From Somniosus microcephalus (Eukaryota): a DNA stretch of 64,000 nucleotides. Positions 38,491 through 50,604 of the stretch are shown in pieces. A program made the position numbers and the translations under genes. The stretch covers positions 3,844,001 through 3,908,000 of the forward strand of contig CM126227.1 of assembly GCA_052327205.1 (NCBI GenBank), in the 5' to 3' direction. The notes under the pieces were generated by a model that saw nothing but the letters and a program-made list of their open reading frames with translations, searched no databases and had not been told where the DNA came from. How positions within the stretch are numbered: the stretch's first letter is position 1; each line of letters opens with the position of its first letter.

Positions 38491-38976
38491 ATTTGACGTT
38501 AATATCATGTTAATCTCTGGAATTACCTCCCTAAACCTCTTCGCCTCTCTTTCCTCCTTTAAGATCCTCCTTATTCTTCCCACCACAATGTGTTACGTTA
38601 TCTATAATAATAATAATAATAATTCAACTTTATTGTCATTGCACAAGTACATGAACAACGAAATGTGATCTTGCAAGCTCCCATGAGTCCAGTACAAATA
38701 ACATTAACATTAAACGTAAATAGCACCGTCCTGGGAGAAGCAAAGCCGCTGCGTCTGTGCGCGCCGCCATTCCATTTCCACCATTCCTCCTGTCCGACAA
38801 TCTTCAGCCCAACGCCCGGGCCTGCTCACCAGCCACCCCTCTCGGGGCTCCTTCCGTGACCTTCCTGTATTTTGTTGCAGTCCTCCTCTGTTTTAACGAC
38901 ATCCTCCAATTTGGTGTTGTCAGCAAATTTTGAAATTGTATTTTCGATTCCCGAGTCCAAATCGTTTATGTAAATA

Positions 38977-39150
38977 CTTCTCTTTCCTCCCTTCAGGCGC
39001 TCCTTAAAACCGACCTCTTTGACCAAGCTTTTGGTCACGTGTCCTAATATCTTCCTCTGTGGCTCGGTGTCAAACGTTGTTTGACAATCGCTCCTGTGAA
39101 GCGCCTCGGGACGTTTTACTACGCTAAAGGTGCTGTAATATTGTTGCTGT
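38977..39150 (+). mobile_element. L2-like 3' fragment
   Basis: CCTCTTTGACCAAGCTTTTGGTCAC...GGACGTTTTACTACG. Confidence 0.7.
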
Positions 39151-39767
39151 GATGTTATAGAAGATTCCCACAGAACGTTATGAAGCAGCTGAAGTTCAGG
39201 ACAGTGAAGTTAACACTTTGAAATATTTCAGTGTCACACGGTCAGGTGTCAATGTAAGTGTGAAACACCTACATCTTTCTCACTGGTGCTGCTCACCCAC
39301 GCAACACTTGTGGCTGTGGCCCATCAGTCATGAAGTGAATTCCAAGTGATTTTCGCACCCCGCCTCTGCCCAGTCTGTCCCTGAACCGTGCTGCAATCTG
39401 GCGCTTGATCCGTAATTAAAACATTTCTTTATCCAGGGACACATCTACCGAGCCCGTTAGAGAAGGCAAAGGAATTTTACAATATAATTGCAAATATAGG
39501 TTCTGCTCCCAAGCAGCTGTTTAGAAATCAATTGTCCGAATCTGACAGGACTAGGAGCAGCAGGCGGTGTGTGTATTACTGTCTGTGTCCCAAACACCAC
39601 GTCACAACAACCATCTATTGTCATTTAACTAACTGCAGCACCTAAACCCGCACTCATACCCACTGCCTGCGCCATTACACCCCGTGAACTCCGCTCTCCC
39701 CATCACCGGGTTAATCTAACAGGTTAGCACCTTTATATGTTAATATGATATTGCACAGGTCACTTTA

Positions 39768-40262
39768 CAACAGCAACAACCTGCATTTATATAGCACCTT
39801 TAATGTAGTAAAAGGCCCCAAGGTACTTCACAGGAACGATTATCAAACAAAAATTGACACCAAGTTAAAGGAGATATTAGGACAAGTGAGCAAAAGCTTG
39901 GTCAAAGAGGTAGGCTTTCAGGAGCGTCTTAAAGGAGGAGCATCCCCGATTAATCGCTCCACCATTGTTGGCCGTGCCGTCAGCTGCTGAGGCCCTAAGC
40001 TCTGGAATTCCCTCCCTGAACCTCTCCACCTCGCTTTCCTCCTTTAAAACGCTCCTTAAAACCTGCCTCTTTGACCAAGCTTTTGGTCACCTGCCCTAAT
40101 TTCTTCTTATGTGGCTCGGTGTCAAATTTTTCATCTTATAACTCCGGTGAAGCACCTTGGGACGTTTGACTATGTTAAAGGTGTTATATAAATACAAGTT
40201 GTTGTAGTTGTTGTTGTTGAGCGAGCGGTAGAGAGGCGGAGAGGTTTAGGGGGGAAATTCCA
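39768..40262. mobile_element. Two L2-like 3' fragments nested in opposite orientation
   Basis: The minus copy 39768-39940 resumes near 40230. A plus copy occupies 39941-40218 and ends in (GTT)n. Confidence 0.75.
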
Positions 40263-40304
40263 GTTACCACGTTTAAGAATGAAATTGTGGGATTGTAAAA
40301 GTGC

Positions 40305-41968
40305 ATGCATTACTGTACACAATGCATTACATCACACAATGTTACTGTACACAGTGCATTACTGTACAGTGTTACTGTACACAATGAATTACTGTGCACG
40401 GTGTTACTGTACACAATGAATTACTGTGCACGGTGTTACTGTACACAGTGCATTACTGTACAATGTTACTGTACACAATGAATTACTGTACAGTGTTACT
40501 GTACACAGTGCATTACTGTACAGTGTTACTGTACACAGTGCATTACTGTACAATGTTACTGTACACAGTGCATTACTGTACAGTGTTACTGTACACAATG
40601 CATTACTGTACAATGTTACTGTACACAGTGCATTACTGTACAGTGTTACTGTACACAGTGCATTACTGTACAATGTTACTGTACACAGTGCATTACTGTA
40701 CAGTGTTACTGTACACAGTGCATTACTGTACAGTGTTACTGTACACAATGCATTACTGTACAGTGTTACTGTACACAGTGCATTACTGTACAGTGTTACT
40801 GTACACAGTGCATTACTGTACAATGTTACTGTACACAGTGCATTACTGTACAGTGTTACTGTACACAGTGCATTACTGTACAATGTTACTGTACACAGTG
40901 CATTACTGTACAGTGTTACTGTACACAGTGCATTACTGTACAATGTTACTGTACACAGTGCATTACTGTACAATGTTACTGTACACAGTGCATTACTGTA
41001 CAGTGTTACTGTACACAATGCATTACTGTACAATGTTACTGTACACAGTGCATTACTGTACAATGTTACTGTACACAATGAATTACTGTACAGTGTTACT
41101 GTACACAGTGCATTACTGTACAGTGTTACTGTACACAGTGCATTACTGTACAATGTTACTGTACACAGTGCATTACTGTACAGTGTTACTGTACACAATG
41201 CATTACTGTACAATGTTACTGTACACAGTGCATTACTGTACAGTGTTACTGTACACAGTGCATTACTGTACAGTGTTACTGTACACAGTGCATTACTGTA
41301 CAATGTTACTGTACACAGTGCATTACTGTACAGTGTTACTGTACACAATGCATTACTGTACAATGTTACTGTACACAGTGCATTACTGTACAGTGTTACT
41401 GTACACAGTGCATTACTGTACAGTGTTACTGTACAGTGCATTACTGTACAGTGTTACTGTACACAGTGCATTACTGTACAATGTTACTGTACAATGTTAC
41501 TGTACACAGTGCATTACTGTACAATATTACTGTACACAGTGCATTACTGTACAGTGTTACTGTACAGTGCATTACTGTACAGTGTTACTGTACACAGTGC
41601 ATTACTGTACAATGTTACTGTACACAATGCATTACTGTACAGTGTTACTGTACACAGTGCATTACTGTACAATGTTACTGTACACAATGCATTACTGTGC
41701 ACGGTGTTACTGTACACAATGCATTACTGTACAGTGTTACTGTACACAATGAATTACTGTGCACGGTGTTACTGTACACAGTGCATTACTGTACAGTGTT
41801 ACTGTACACAATGAATTACTGTGCACGGTGTTACTGTACACAATGCATTACTGTACAGTGTTACTGTACACTGTTACTGTACACGGTGTTACTGTACACA
41901 GTGCATTACTGTACACTGTTACTGTACACTGTGTTACTGTACACAATGCATTCCTGTACACACAGTAC
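40305..41968. repeat. 30-bp minisatellite (GTACACAGTGCATTACTGTACAGTGTTACT)n
   Basis: About 55 units, built from two related TTACTGTAC subunits. Confidence 0.97.
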
Positions 41969-42647
41969 AGCCTGTTTTCTACCAGCCTTCGGTGACGTAC
42001 TCCCTATTCTGGGGCTAACCAGGATGTTGAAATTAGGCTTGTGCACGTTTGCAGTGAGCAGCACTCGATGCAATCCCAGGGCTCAGTCAGTGAAAGGCCT
42101 CCCTTTGGGATTTTATTGCCCCCTCCCCCACCCCGTGTCGGGAACGCACTTGCACGATTGGTGCATCCGATGGCGGAATCTGCCCAGCTGATATCTGGTG
42201 CTCCAGAGCCGGATGTTCAGCACTCAGAGAGTGGCGGCTCTGGGCGTTTCAGAAATCACACGGCGCAGGATCTGACTGCGCAATTCTCTGATTGGAAGCC
42301 TGGAGGAGCGCGGTGCAGCTTCTGAATCCAGAGCCTTTTAATCTAACGTGTTGCCAGGCCTGACTGACAGCAAATCGATCTGAATATTCCTTAATCTCCT
42401 GTTGCAAACTGAGCCCTTTACAATTCTCAACATTTGTTCAGTATTCACATCAATCATATTCTTGTTTGTATAAATTAGCATATTAAATACTTGAAAACAA
42501 TACTTCAGGCTCCCCTGACAGCTCACCATGGCCTGTGAGTTGCTGAGCCACACACAGTGGATGGAGCTCAGGATCCATCGCCGCTCTGAACTGATTTACC
42601 TGATCTCACCTGGGCTGCTGCATCGGCACTGAGCAACCCCGGGTTAG

Positions 42648-43143
42648 GGGAACAGGAGAAGGCCATTGAGCCCCTCGAGCCTGTTCAATGAGATCATGGC
42701 TGATGTGTATCTCAACTCCATATACCCGCCTTTGCCTCATATCCCTTAATACCTGTGGTTAACAAAAATCTATCAATCTCAGATTTAAAATTAACAATTG
42801 ACCTAGCATCAATTGCTGTTTGCGGAAGAGTGTTCCAAACTACTACCACCCTTTGTGTGTAGAAGTGTTTCCTAATTTCACTCCTGAAAGGTCTGGCTCT
42901 AATTTTCAGACGATGCCCCCTAGTCCGAGAATCCCCAACCAGCAGAAATAGTTTCTCTCTATCCACCCTATCAGTTCCCCTTAATATCCTGAAAACTTCG
43001 ATCAAATCATCCGTTAACCTTCTAACTTCCAGGGAATACAGTCCTAGTTTGTGTAACCCCTCCTCGTAATTTAACCCCTGGAGTCCGGGTATCAATATAT
43101 CCCTCCGAAGGTATGGTGCCCAGAACTGCTCGCAGTACTCCAG
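42648..43143 (-). mobile_element. CR1 3' fragment
   Basis: ORF 42712-43095 is a CR1 C-terminus. Confidence 0.9.
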
Positions 43144-43144
43144 G

Positions 43145-43365
43145 AAGGGAAATATTAACCCTGAACCAACACCTAAAAGCAGATTTTCTGACCATTATCT
43201 CATTGCTGTTTGTGGGATCTTGCTGTGCACAAATAGGCTGCTGCGTTTCCTACATTACAACAGCGACTACACTTCAAAAAACAAGTACTTCATTGGCTGT
43301 AAGGCACTTTGGAATGCCCTGGGGTCGTGAAAGGTGCTATATAAATGCAAGTCTTTCTTTCTTTC
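43145..43365 (+). mobile_element. DeuSINE 3' fragment
   Basis: CATTATCTCATTGCTGTTTGTGGG...GCTATATAAATGCAAGTCTTTCTTTC. Confidence 0.75.
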
Positions 43366-43684
43366 AAAGAAATTGAGAACAGAAGGGGAGATTTTAAATT
43401 GTATTAGAATTGTGAGATAATGCATATCAATGCTAAACCGTATAGCTTTATTCAGCACACCCAAAGCAGCAGTGAGAGCCCCAGCGTGTCCCCATCGGAG
43501 GGTATACGGAAGCTTAGTGGGGTGAATACCCCGATGTTCCCGTTGGAGGGTATATGGGATGAACACGACACAGTAGACCATTAGGGCGAGGTATTGAGCG
43601 CAGCCAGTGACTGCGGAAGAACTTTCATGAGAGGAGAGAGCACAAAGGTGGACGGAACAGAATGGTATTTGGGAGGAATATATG

Positions 43685-44830
43685 GAAAAGAAAGATTTGC
43701 ATTTCTATAGCGCCTTTCACAACCTCAGGACGTCTCAAAGCACTTTACCGCCAATGAAGTGCTTTTTGAAGTGCAGTCACTGTTGTAATGTAGGAAACGC
43801 AGCAGCAATTTGCACCCACAAACAGCAATGTGATAATGACCAGATAATCTGTTTTTTTTTGGTAATGTTGAGTGAGGAAAAGTTATTGGCCAGCACACCG
43901 GGGATAACTCCCCTGCTCTTTGTCGAAATAGTGCCACGGAATCTTTTACGTCCACCTGAGAGAGTAGACAAGGCCTCGGTTTAATGTCTCTCTGAAAGAT
44001 GGCACCTCTGACAGTGCGGCGCTCCCTCAGTGCTGCCCCTCCGACAGTGCGGCGCTCCCTCATTACTGCCCCTCCGACAGTGCGGCGCTCCCTCAGTACT
44101 GCCCCTCCGACAGTGCAGCGCTCCCTCAGTACTGCTCCTCCGACAGTGCAGCGCTCCGACAGTGCGGCGCTCCCTCAGTACTGCCCCTCCGACAGTGCGG
44201 CGCTCCCTCAGTACCGCCCCTCCGACAGTGCGGCGCTCCCTCAGTACTGCCCCACCGACAGTGCAGCGCTCCCTCAGTACTGCCCCTCCGACAGTTCCGC
44301 GCTCCCTCCGTACTGCCCCTCCGACAGTGCTGCGCTCCCTCAGTACTGCCCCTCTGACAATGTGGCACTCCCTCAGTACTGCCCCGCCGATAGTGCGGCG
44401 CTCCCTCAGTACCGCCCCTCCGACAGTACGGCGCTCCCTCAGTACTGCCCCTCCGACAGTTCCGCGCTCCCTCAGTACTGCCCCTCCGACAGTGCGGCAC
44501 TCCCTCAGTACTGCCCCTCCGACAGTGCGGCGCTCCCTCAGTACTGCCCCTCCGACAGTGCAGCGCTCCCTCAGTACTGCCCCTCCGACAGTGCGGTGCT
44601 CCCTCAGTACTGCCCCTCCGACAGTGCGGTGCTCTCTCAGTACTGCCCCTCGACAGTGCGGCGCTCCCTCAGTACTGCCCCTCCGACAGTGCGGCGCTCC
44701 CTCAGTACTGCCCCTCCGACAGTGCGGCGCTCCCTCAGTACTGCCCCTCGACAGTGCGGCGCTCCCTCAGTACTGCACTAGGAGTGTCAGCCTAGATTTT
44801 TTTTTGTGTCCAAGTCTCTGGAGTGGGAGG
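43685..44830 (-). mobile_element. DeuSINE with internal 33-bp array at about 44003-44778
   Basis: Tail, core, about 23 units, then GCACTAGGAGTGTCAGCC and a partial head. Confidence 0.87.
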
Positions 44831-44861
44831 ACTGAACAGAGTGGTATTTGGGGAGAATGGG

Positions 44862-45610
44862 GATAATTGGGAGAAGGGGAAGTGCAAAGAGACCTGGGTG
44901 TTATTGTGCACCAGTCGCTGAACGTAAGCATGCAGGTGCAGCAGGCGGTTAAGAAGGCAAATGGTATGTTGGCCTTCGTAGCAAGAGGGTTCGAGTACAA
45001 GAACAAGGATGTCTTGCTGCAGTTGTACAGGGCCTTGGTGAGACCGCACCTTGAGTATTGTGTACAGTTTTGGTCACCTTACCTGAGGAAGGACGTTCTT
45101 GCCATGGAGGGAGTGCAGCGAAGATTCACCAGGCTGATACCTGGGATGGCAGGAATGACGTACGAGGAGAGATTGTGTCGATTGGGCTTATACTCACTGG
45201 AGTTTAGAAGATTGAGAGGGGATCTCATCGAAACCTATAAAATTCTGTCAGGTCTGGACAGACTAGATGCAGAAAGGATGTTTCTGATGGCCGGGGAGTC
45301 CAGAACCAGGGGTCATCGTCTAAGGATAAGGGGTAAGCCATTTAGGACTGAAATGAGGAGGAATTTCTTCACCCAGAGAGTGGTGAACCTGTGGAATTCT
45401 CTGCCACCGAGGGCGGTGGAGGCCAGTTCATTAAATATATTCAAGAAAGAGTTGGATATATTTCTTGAGGCTAAAGGGATCAAGGGATATGGGGAGAAGG
45501 CAGGGACCGGGTACTGAATTTGGATGATCAGCCATGATCTCATTGAATGGCGGAGCAGGCTCGAAGGGCCGAATGGCCTACTCCTGCTCCTATCTTCTAT
45601 GTTTCTATGT
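44862..45610 (+). mobile_element. CR1 3' fragment with uninterrupted 216-aa ORF
   Basis: ORF 44867-45517, very similar to the CR1 at 3655-5760. Confidence 0.93.
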
Positions 45611-46289
45611 AAGGTATTCCATACAAGCAACTGTCGTGCACATTTAGGAATGACTCAATGAGTTAAGATGTGCGCTGCAGCGAGTGGGTTAAACAGTTAA
45701 ACAGTTGTTGACACGCTCTCCCCTCTGTGTTTCTGACTCTCACTGATGCAGGATAAAGGTTTCCAATTTCTGCAGTGTGGGCTCAGCAAAAAATCTTCAC
45801 CAAGGTTTAGTCGTGTAACTCGGCCTTGGAACAAGAACAATCAGTTTAAATTGTAAACTGCAGATAAACTGTTTAATTTCCATCCCTCAGTCCCAGTAGA
45901 GCTGAGACCCGTGTTATCGCCGAAATTAAGAAACATAGTAAATTATTTTCTAATTTAATGAATTCCTTGTTCATTCTGTTGGAGAACCTGAATGATACAA
46001 GTGACCTTCAGAAATTAAAAACCCAGATTTAATCTTAAAACTCCCGACTGTGGAAGATAGTTGCCGGTAAACTTCAGTCATTAAACCGGCGGACTCTGTG
46101 TGATGGTCGCACTGCAGCTTCCTGATGCTCAGGAGCAGGGAAATGAAAAGCAGCCAATTCTTCTGTTGTCCCAGTGTCTCCTATTATTCTGTTGCAGACA
46201 GAGTGTTCGTCCCATATAACAAGGACACTGAAAGGTATTCGTCCCATATAACAAGGATACGGTAGCATAGCGGTTATGTTACTGGACTA

Positions 46290-46780
46290 ACAAGAACATA
46301 AGAAATTGGAGCAGGAGTCGGCCATTCGGCCCCTCAAGCCTGCTCCATCATTCAACAAGATCATGGCTGATCTTCTACCTCAACTCCACTTTCCCGCACT
46401 ATCCCCATATCCCTTGATTCCCTTAATATCCAAAAATCTATCGATCTCTGTCTTGAATATACTCAACGACTGAGCCTCCACAGCCCTCTGTGGTAGAGAA
46501 TTCCAAAGATTCACCGCCCTCAGTGAAGAAGTTTCTCCTCAGCTCAGTCCTAAATGGCCGACCCCTTATTCTGAGACTGTGACCCCTGGTTCTAGACTCC
46601 CCAGCCAGGGGGAAACACCCTCCCTGCATCTACCCTGTCAAGCTGTGTAAGAATTTTGTATGTTTCAATGAGATCACCTCTCATTCTTCCAAACTCTAGA
46701 GAATATAGGCCTAGTCTACTCAATCTCTCCTCATAGGACAATCCCCCCATCCCAGGAACCAGTCGTGGCAAGTATATCCT
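46290..46780 (-). mobile_element. CR1 3' fragment
   Basis: LSYEERLSRLGLYSLEF motif plus 3'UTR. Confidence 0.88.
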
Positions 46781-47203
46781 ATAATGATCCAGAGACGTGA
46801 GTTCAAATCCCACCACGGCAGCTGTGGAATTTAAATTCAGTTAATTAATAAATCTGGAATAAAAAGCTAGTGTCAGTAATGGTGACCATGAAACTATCGG
46901 ATTGTCGTAAAAACCCATCTGGTTCACTAATGTCCTTTAGGGAAGGAAATCTGCCGTCCTTACCCGGTCTGGCCTATATGTGACTCCAGACCCACAGCAA
47001 TGTGGTTGACTCTTAACTGCCCTCTGAAACGGCCCAGCGAGACACTCAGTTGTACCAAACCGCTACAAAGAAGTATACCAAGAATAAAACCGGACCACCC
47101 AGCATCGACCTAGGCACCGGACACAACCTTCACCACACGGACTGCAGCGGTTCAAGAAGGCGGCTCACCACCACCTTCTCAATGGCAACTAGGGATGGGC
47201 AAT

Positions 47204-47528
47204 AGGAAACTCTCGTTTAAACGGCACCTAAATATCCGGAATTCTCTATTAACCGGCAAAATTCTCACTCCGAAAACACCTCAATAACCGGAAATGTTGC
47301 CGAGTCCGAGTCTCCCGCGGTGGCCGAGTTAGTCAGTGGGGGTAGTTCTCCAAACTGCCACTACTCGGCTTCTTGGCGCTGTCGGAAGTCCGAACACCTC
47401 AATAACAGAAGTCTGACTCGTTGTTTGTTAAAAATGACCTCGGTAGATAACCCTCTCCGTCATCCGGAATTTTTGATCAACCGGCACCATCCCGGTCCCG
47501 TCGGTGCCGGATACCAGAGAGTTTCCTG
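47204..47528. mobile_element. Tc1/mariner-pogo-like MITE
   Basis: AGGAAACTCTC...GAGAGTTTCCTG ends. Shares GGTCCCGTCGGTGCCGGATA with 57720-58052. Confidence 0.65.
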
Positions 47529-47806
47529 CCCACATCCCGTAAACGAATAATAAAAAAAATAACAGGGACACTGTGAGGTGTTGATCCCATATACCCTCCA
47601 ATGGGGACAGTCTGGGGCTCTCACTGCTGCTTTGGGCTGTGCTGGATGAAGTTATATGGTTTAGTACATCACAATTCTCAGTAAGAGCCTGTTCCCATTC
47701 CCCTTCCCCATTACTGAGTATCTATTGGTCTCTTTGAAAGATATGCATTTCCTTAGATCGTCCCAACTTCCCCTGTAGCCTATGCACCATCTATGACCTT
47801 AGACTT

Positions 47807-47932
47807 TGACAAAGAGTTTGACTCGAAACATTGACTATTTTCTTTCCACGGATGTTGCCTGGCCTGCTGAGTTTTTCCAGCATTTTCTGTTGTTATTTCG
47901 GATTTCCAGCATCCGCAGTATTTTGCTATCGT
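47807..47932 (+). mobile_element. Penelope-like terminal fragment with degenerate hammerhead core and 15-bp TSD
   Basis: TGACAA-AGAGT-TTG-ACTC-GAAAC...GATGTTGCCTGGCCTGCTGAG...TTTCCAGCATCCGCAG, flanked by TATGACCTTAGACTT / TATAACCTTAGACTT. Confidence 0.7.
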
Positions 47933-48539
47933 TATAACCTTAGACTTCCTGCTTACCCAACAAGAAGAAAAGCATTCGCGCCTTTAACGTAGAAAAAGCA
48001 TCCTAAGGTTCCTCACAGGCGTGTAATCAAAAAAATAAAGTCATTGGTTAGCATGAACTGTGAAGGTCCGAGCACCATTGGTGGAGGATTGGTCTCTGAC
48101 CACACATTTGCTCTTTCACCTTTAGTAACCGTTCTCGGTTTAATTATTTAGTCATTCAAAGGTCTGACATGTGGATTTCAAGAGCTTTCACCTTAATCAG
48201 GAGTCTCCTGTGAGGGACCTTATCAAATATTTTCTGAAAGTTTAAGATAAATGATATCAACCAACCGCATTGCCTCCTTCCACTGGCTCTGCGAAACTTG
48301 CCAACAATTCCAATAGGTTTTGCCCGACATGACCGGCATTTCAAAAGCCTCTTTGAAACCGGTGCTTTAACTCTTGTTAAGTGGTTTTGAATGGTTTCCC
48401 GTGTAACAGACTTCCCATGTTTACCCCACTATAGTTGTCAAGCTAACTGGCTGTGAATTCTATAATTATGTCCGTGACCTGTTTTTTTTTCATCGTACAA
48501 TGCGGCAAGAACGAGCCGTGTGGAGCGAGCAGTGCGTGG

Positions 48540-49157
48540 TGTTTCTCCAGCACCTTTCACAACCTCAAGCTGCCCCAAAGCGCTTTACAGCCAATGAAGT
48601 ACTTTTTGAAGTGTAGTCACTGCTGTAATGTGGGAAACGCAGCAGCCAAATTGCACACAGCAAGCTCCCACAAAACAGCAGTGTCTGATAATGACCAGAT
48701 AATCTGTTTTTAGTGACGTTGACTGAGGGATAAATATTGGCCCAGGACACCGGGGAGAACTCCCCTGCTCTTCTTCAAAATAGTAACTGTGGGATCTTTT
48801 ACATCCACCCGAGAGAGCAGACGAGGCCTCGGTTTTAATGTCTCATCTGAAAGACGGTACCTCCAACAGTGCGGCACCGGGCGAGTCATAGAATCCTATA
48901 ACTTTATGGCACAGAAGAAGAAGAAGAAGAAGAAACCCATCGTGTCTGTGCCGGCCGAAGAAGAGCTATCCGGCGGGGTAATCCCACTTTCCAGCTCTCG
49001 GTCCGTAGCCCTGTAGGTTACGGCACTTCAAGTGCATATCCAAGTACTTTTTAAATGTCAGCCTGGATTATGTGCTCGAGTCTCTGGAGTGGGACGTGAA
49101 TCCATGACCTTCTGACTCAGAAGCGAGAGTGCTGCCCACTGAGCCACAGCTGACACT
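48540..49157 (-). mobile_element. DeuSINE interrupted by a CR1 3' tail (about 48885-49055)
   Basis: Collinear with 59636-60094 apart from the insertion, which sits where the 33-bp unit lies. Confidence 0.8.
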
Positions 49158-49779
49158 GTTTGGGTCAGTCGTAAATAAAAGATGCTCATGATAGACTTAG
49201 ATACTTAATTTTATATTTTATAATGGTTCTCAACATAAAAGTAGAGAAAGTCATCTTTAAACCAATAGTTTTTTCTATGTCTCTAATAATATGTTAAGTC
49301 TTGCGTATATGGGCACATCCTGTAAATTTCACACTTACTTTCTGTAACCCTTTCAATATCCTGATTTCCTGTCACTCTATTTCCATCGTGCTATGTGTCC
49401 TGATTGAATGTTCCTGTTTAGCTTGAAATGTCCTATTTATTGCGCTGCGCTAAATGGGGATCTGCGAGTATTTGCACAGTCTGTTACTGTAGGGTGCTTA
49501 TTTCTGAAGTGAGGCGGGTGACTGTTAGTGTGTCACCACGTTCACCGTCGGTTATAGTCAGTCAGTGGTAGTACATTGGTGCATGTTGGTTTGTCTGTAC
49601 AGCCCTTTGTAGCCATGGTTACACAATGTGAATCCAAGACACTATTCCACAAAAATAAAAGTTGGACAATTAATCTGTTAATGTTTGTCGCGATGTGACA
49701 CAGCCTGTGAGTTTAGTCATCTCCTGATTTAAGAAGTGATGTGACATTGATAAGGAATATACAAATGAGGAATTTTAAA

Positions 49780-50590
49780 CCAGGTCAGGCCTCGACCTCT
49801 AGGTCAGGCATTGACCTCTAGGACAGGTACCGACCTCTAGGACAGGTACCGACCTCTAGGACAGGCACTGACCTCTAGGACAGGCACTGACCTCTAGGAC
49901 AGGCATCGACCTCTAGGACAGGCATCGACCTCTAGGACAGGTACCGACCTCTAGGACAGGTATTGACCTCTAGGTCAGGCATCAACCTCTAGGACAGGTA
50001 CCGACCTCTAGGACAGGTACCGACCTCTAGGACAGGCACTGACCTCTAGGACAGGTACTGACCTCTAGGACAGGCATCGACCTCTAGGACAGGCATCGAC
50101 CTCTAGGACAGGCATCAACCTCTAGGACAGGTACTGACCTCTAGGACAGGCATTGACCTCTAGGACAGGTACTGACCTCTAGGACAGGCATTGACCTCTA
50201 GGACAGGTACCGACCTCTAGGACAGGCATCAACCTCTAGGACAGGTATTGACCTCTAGGTCAGGCATCGACCTCTAGGACAGGTACTGACCTCTAGGACA
50301 GGCATTGACCTCTAGGACAGGCATCAACCTCTAGGACAGGCATCAACCTCTAGGACAGGTATTGACCTCTAGGTCAGGCATCGACCTCTAGGACAGGTAC
50401 TGACCTCTAGGACAGGCATTGACCTCTAGGACAGGTACTGACCTCTAGGACAGGCATCAACCTCTAGGACAGGCATCGACCTCTAGGACAGGCATTGACC
50501 TCTAGGTCAGGCATCGACCTCTAGGACAGGCACTGACCTCTAGGTCAGGCATCGACCTCTAGGTCAGGCATCGACCTCTAGGACAGGTAT
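49780..50590. repeat. 19-bp minisatellite (GACCTCTAGGACAGGYAYY)n
   Basis: About 42 units, period 19. Confidence 0.96.
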
Positions 50591-50604
50591 TTTTCCTTTC
50601 GGGC

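Larger units (their letters stand above)
46256..47560 (+). mobile_element. Second tRNA-derived SINE family, interrupted by a CR1 (46290-46780) and a MITE
   Basis: A-box-like TAGCATAGCGG at 46263, B box GTTCAAATCC at 46801 after the insertion, and a LINE-like tail near 47150-47205. Confidence 0.7.

Noticed and set aside
31487-38668. ORFs of up to 2320 aa, Cys/Val-rich, resembling keratin-associated or metallothionein-like proteins
   Set aside because: The 24-bp unit lacks stop codons in all three forward frames and 25-bp variants shift frame freely, so this is satellite read-through.
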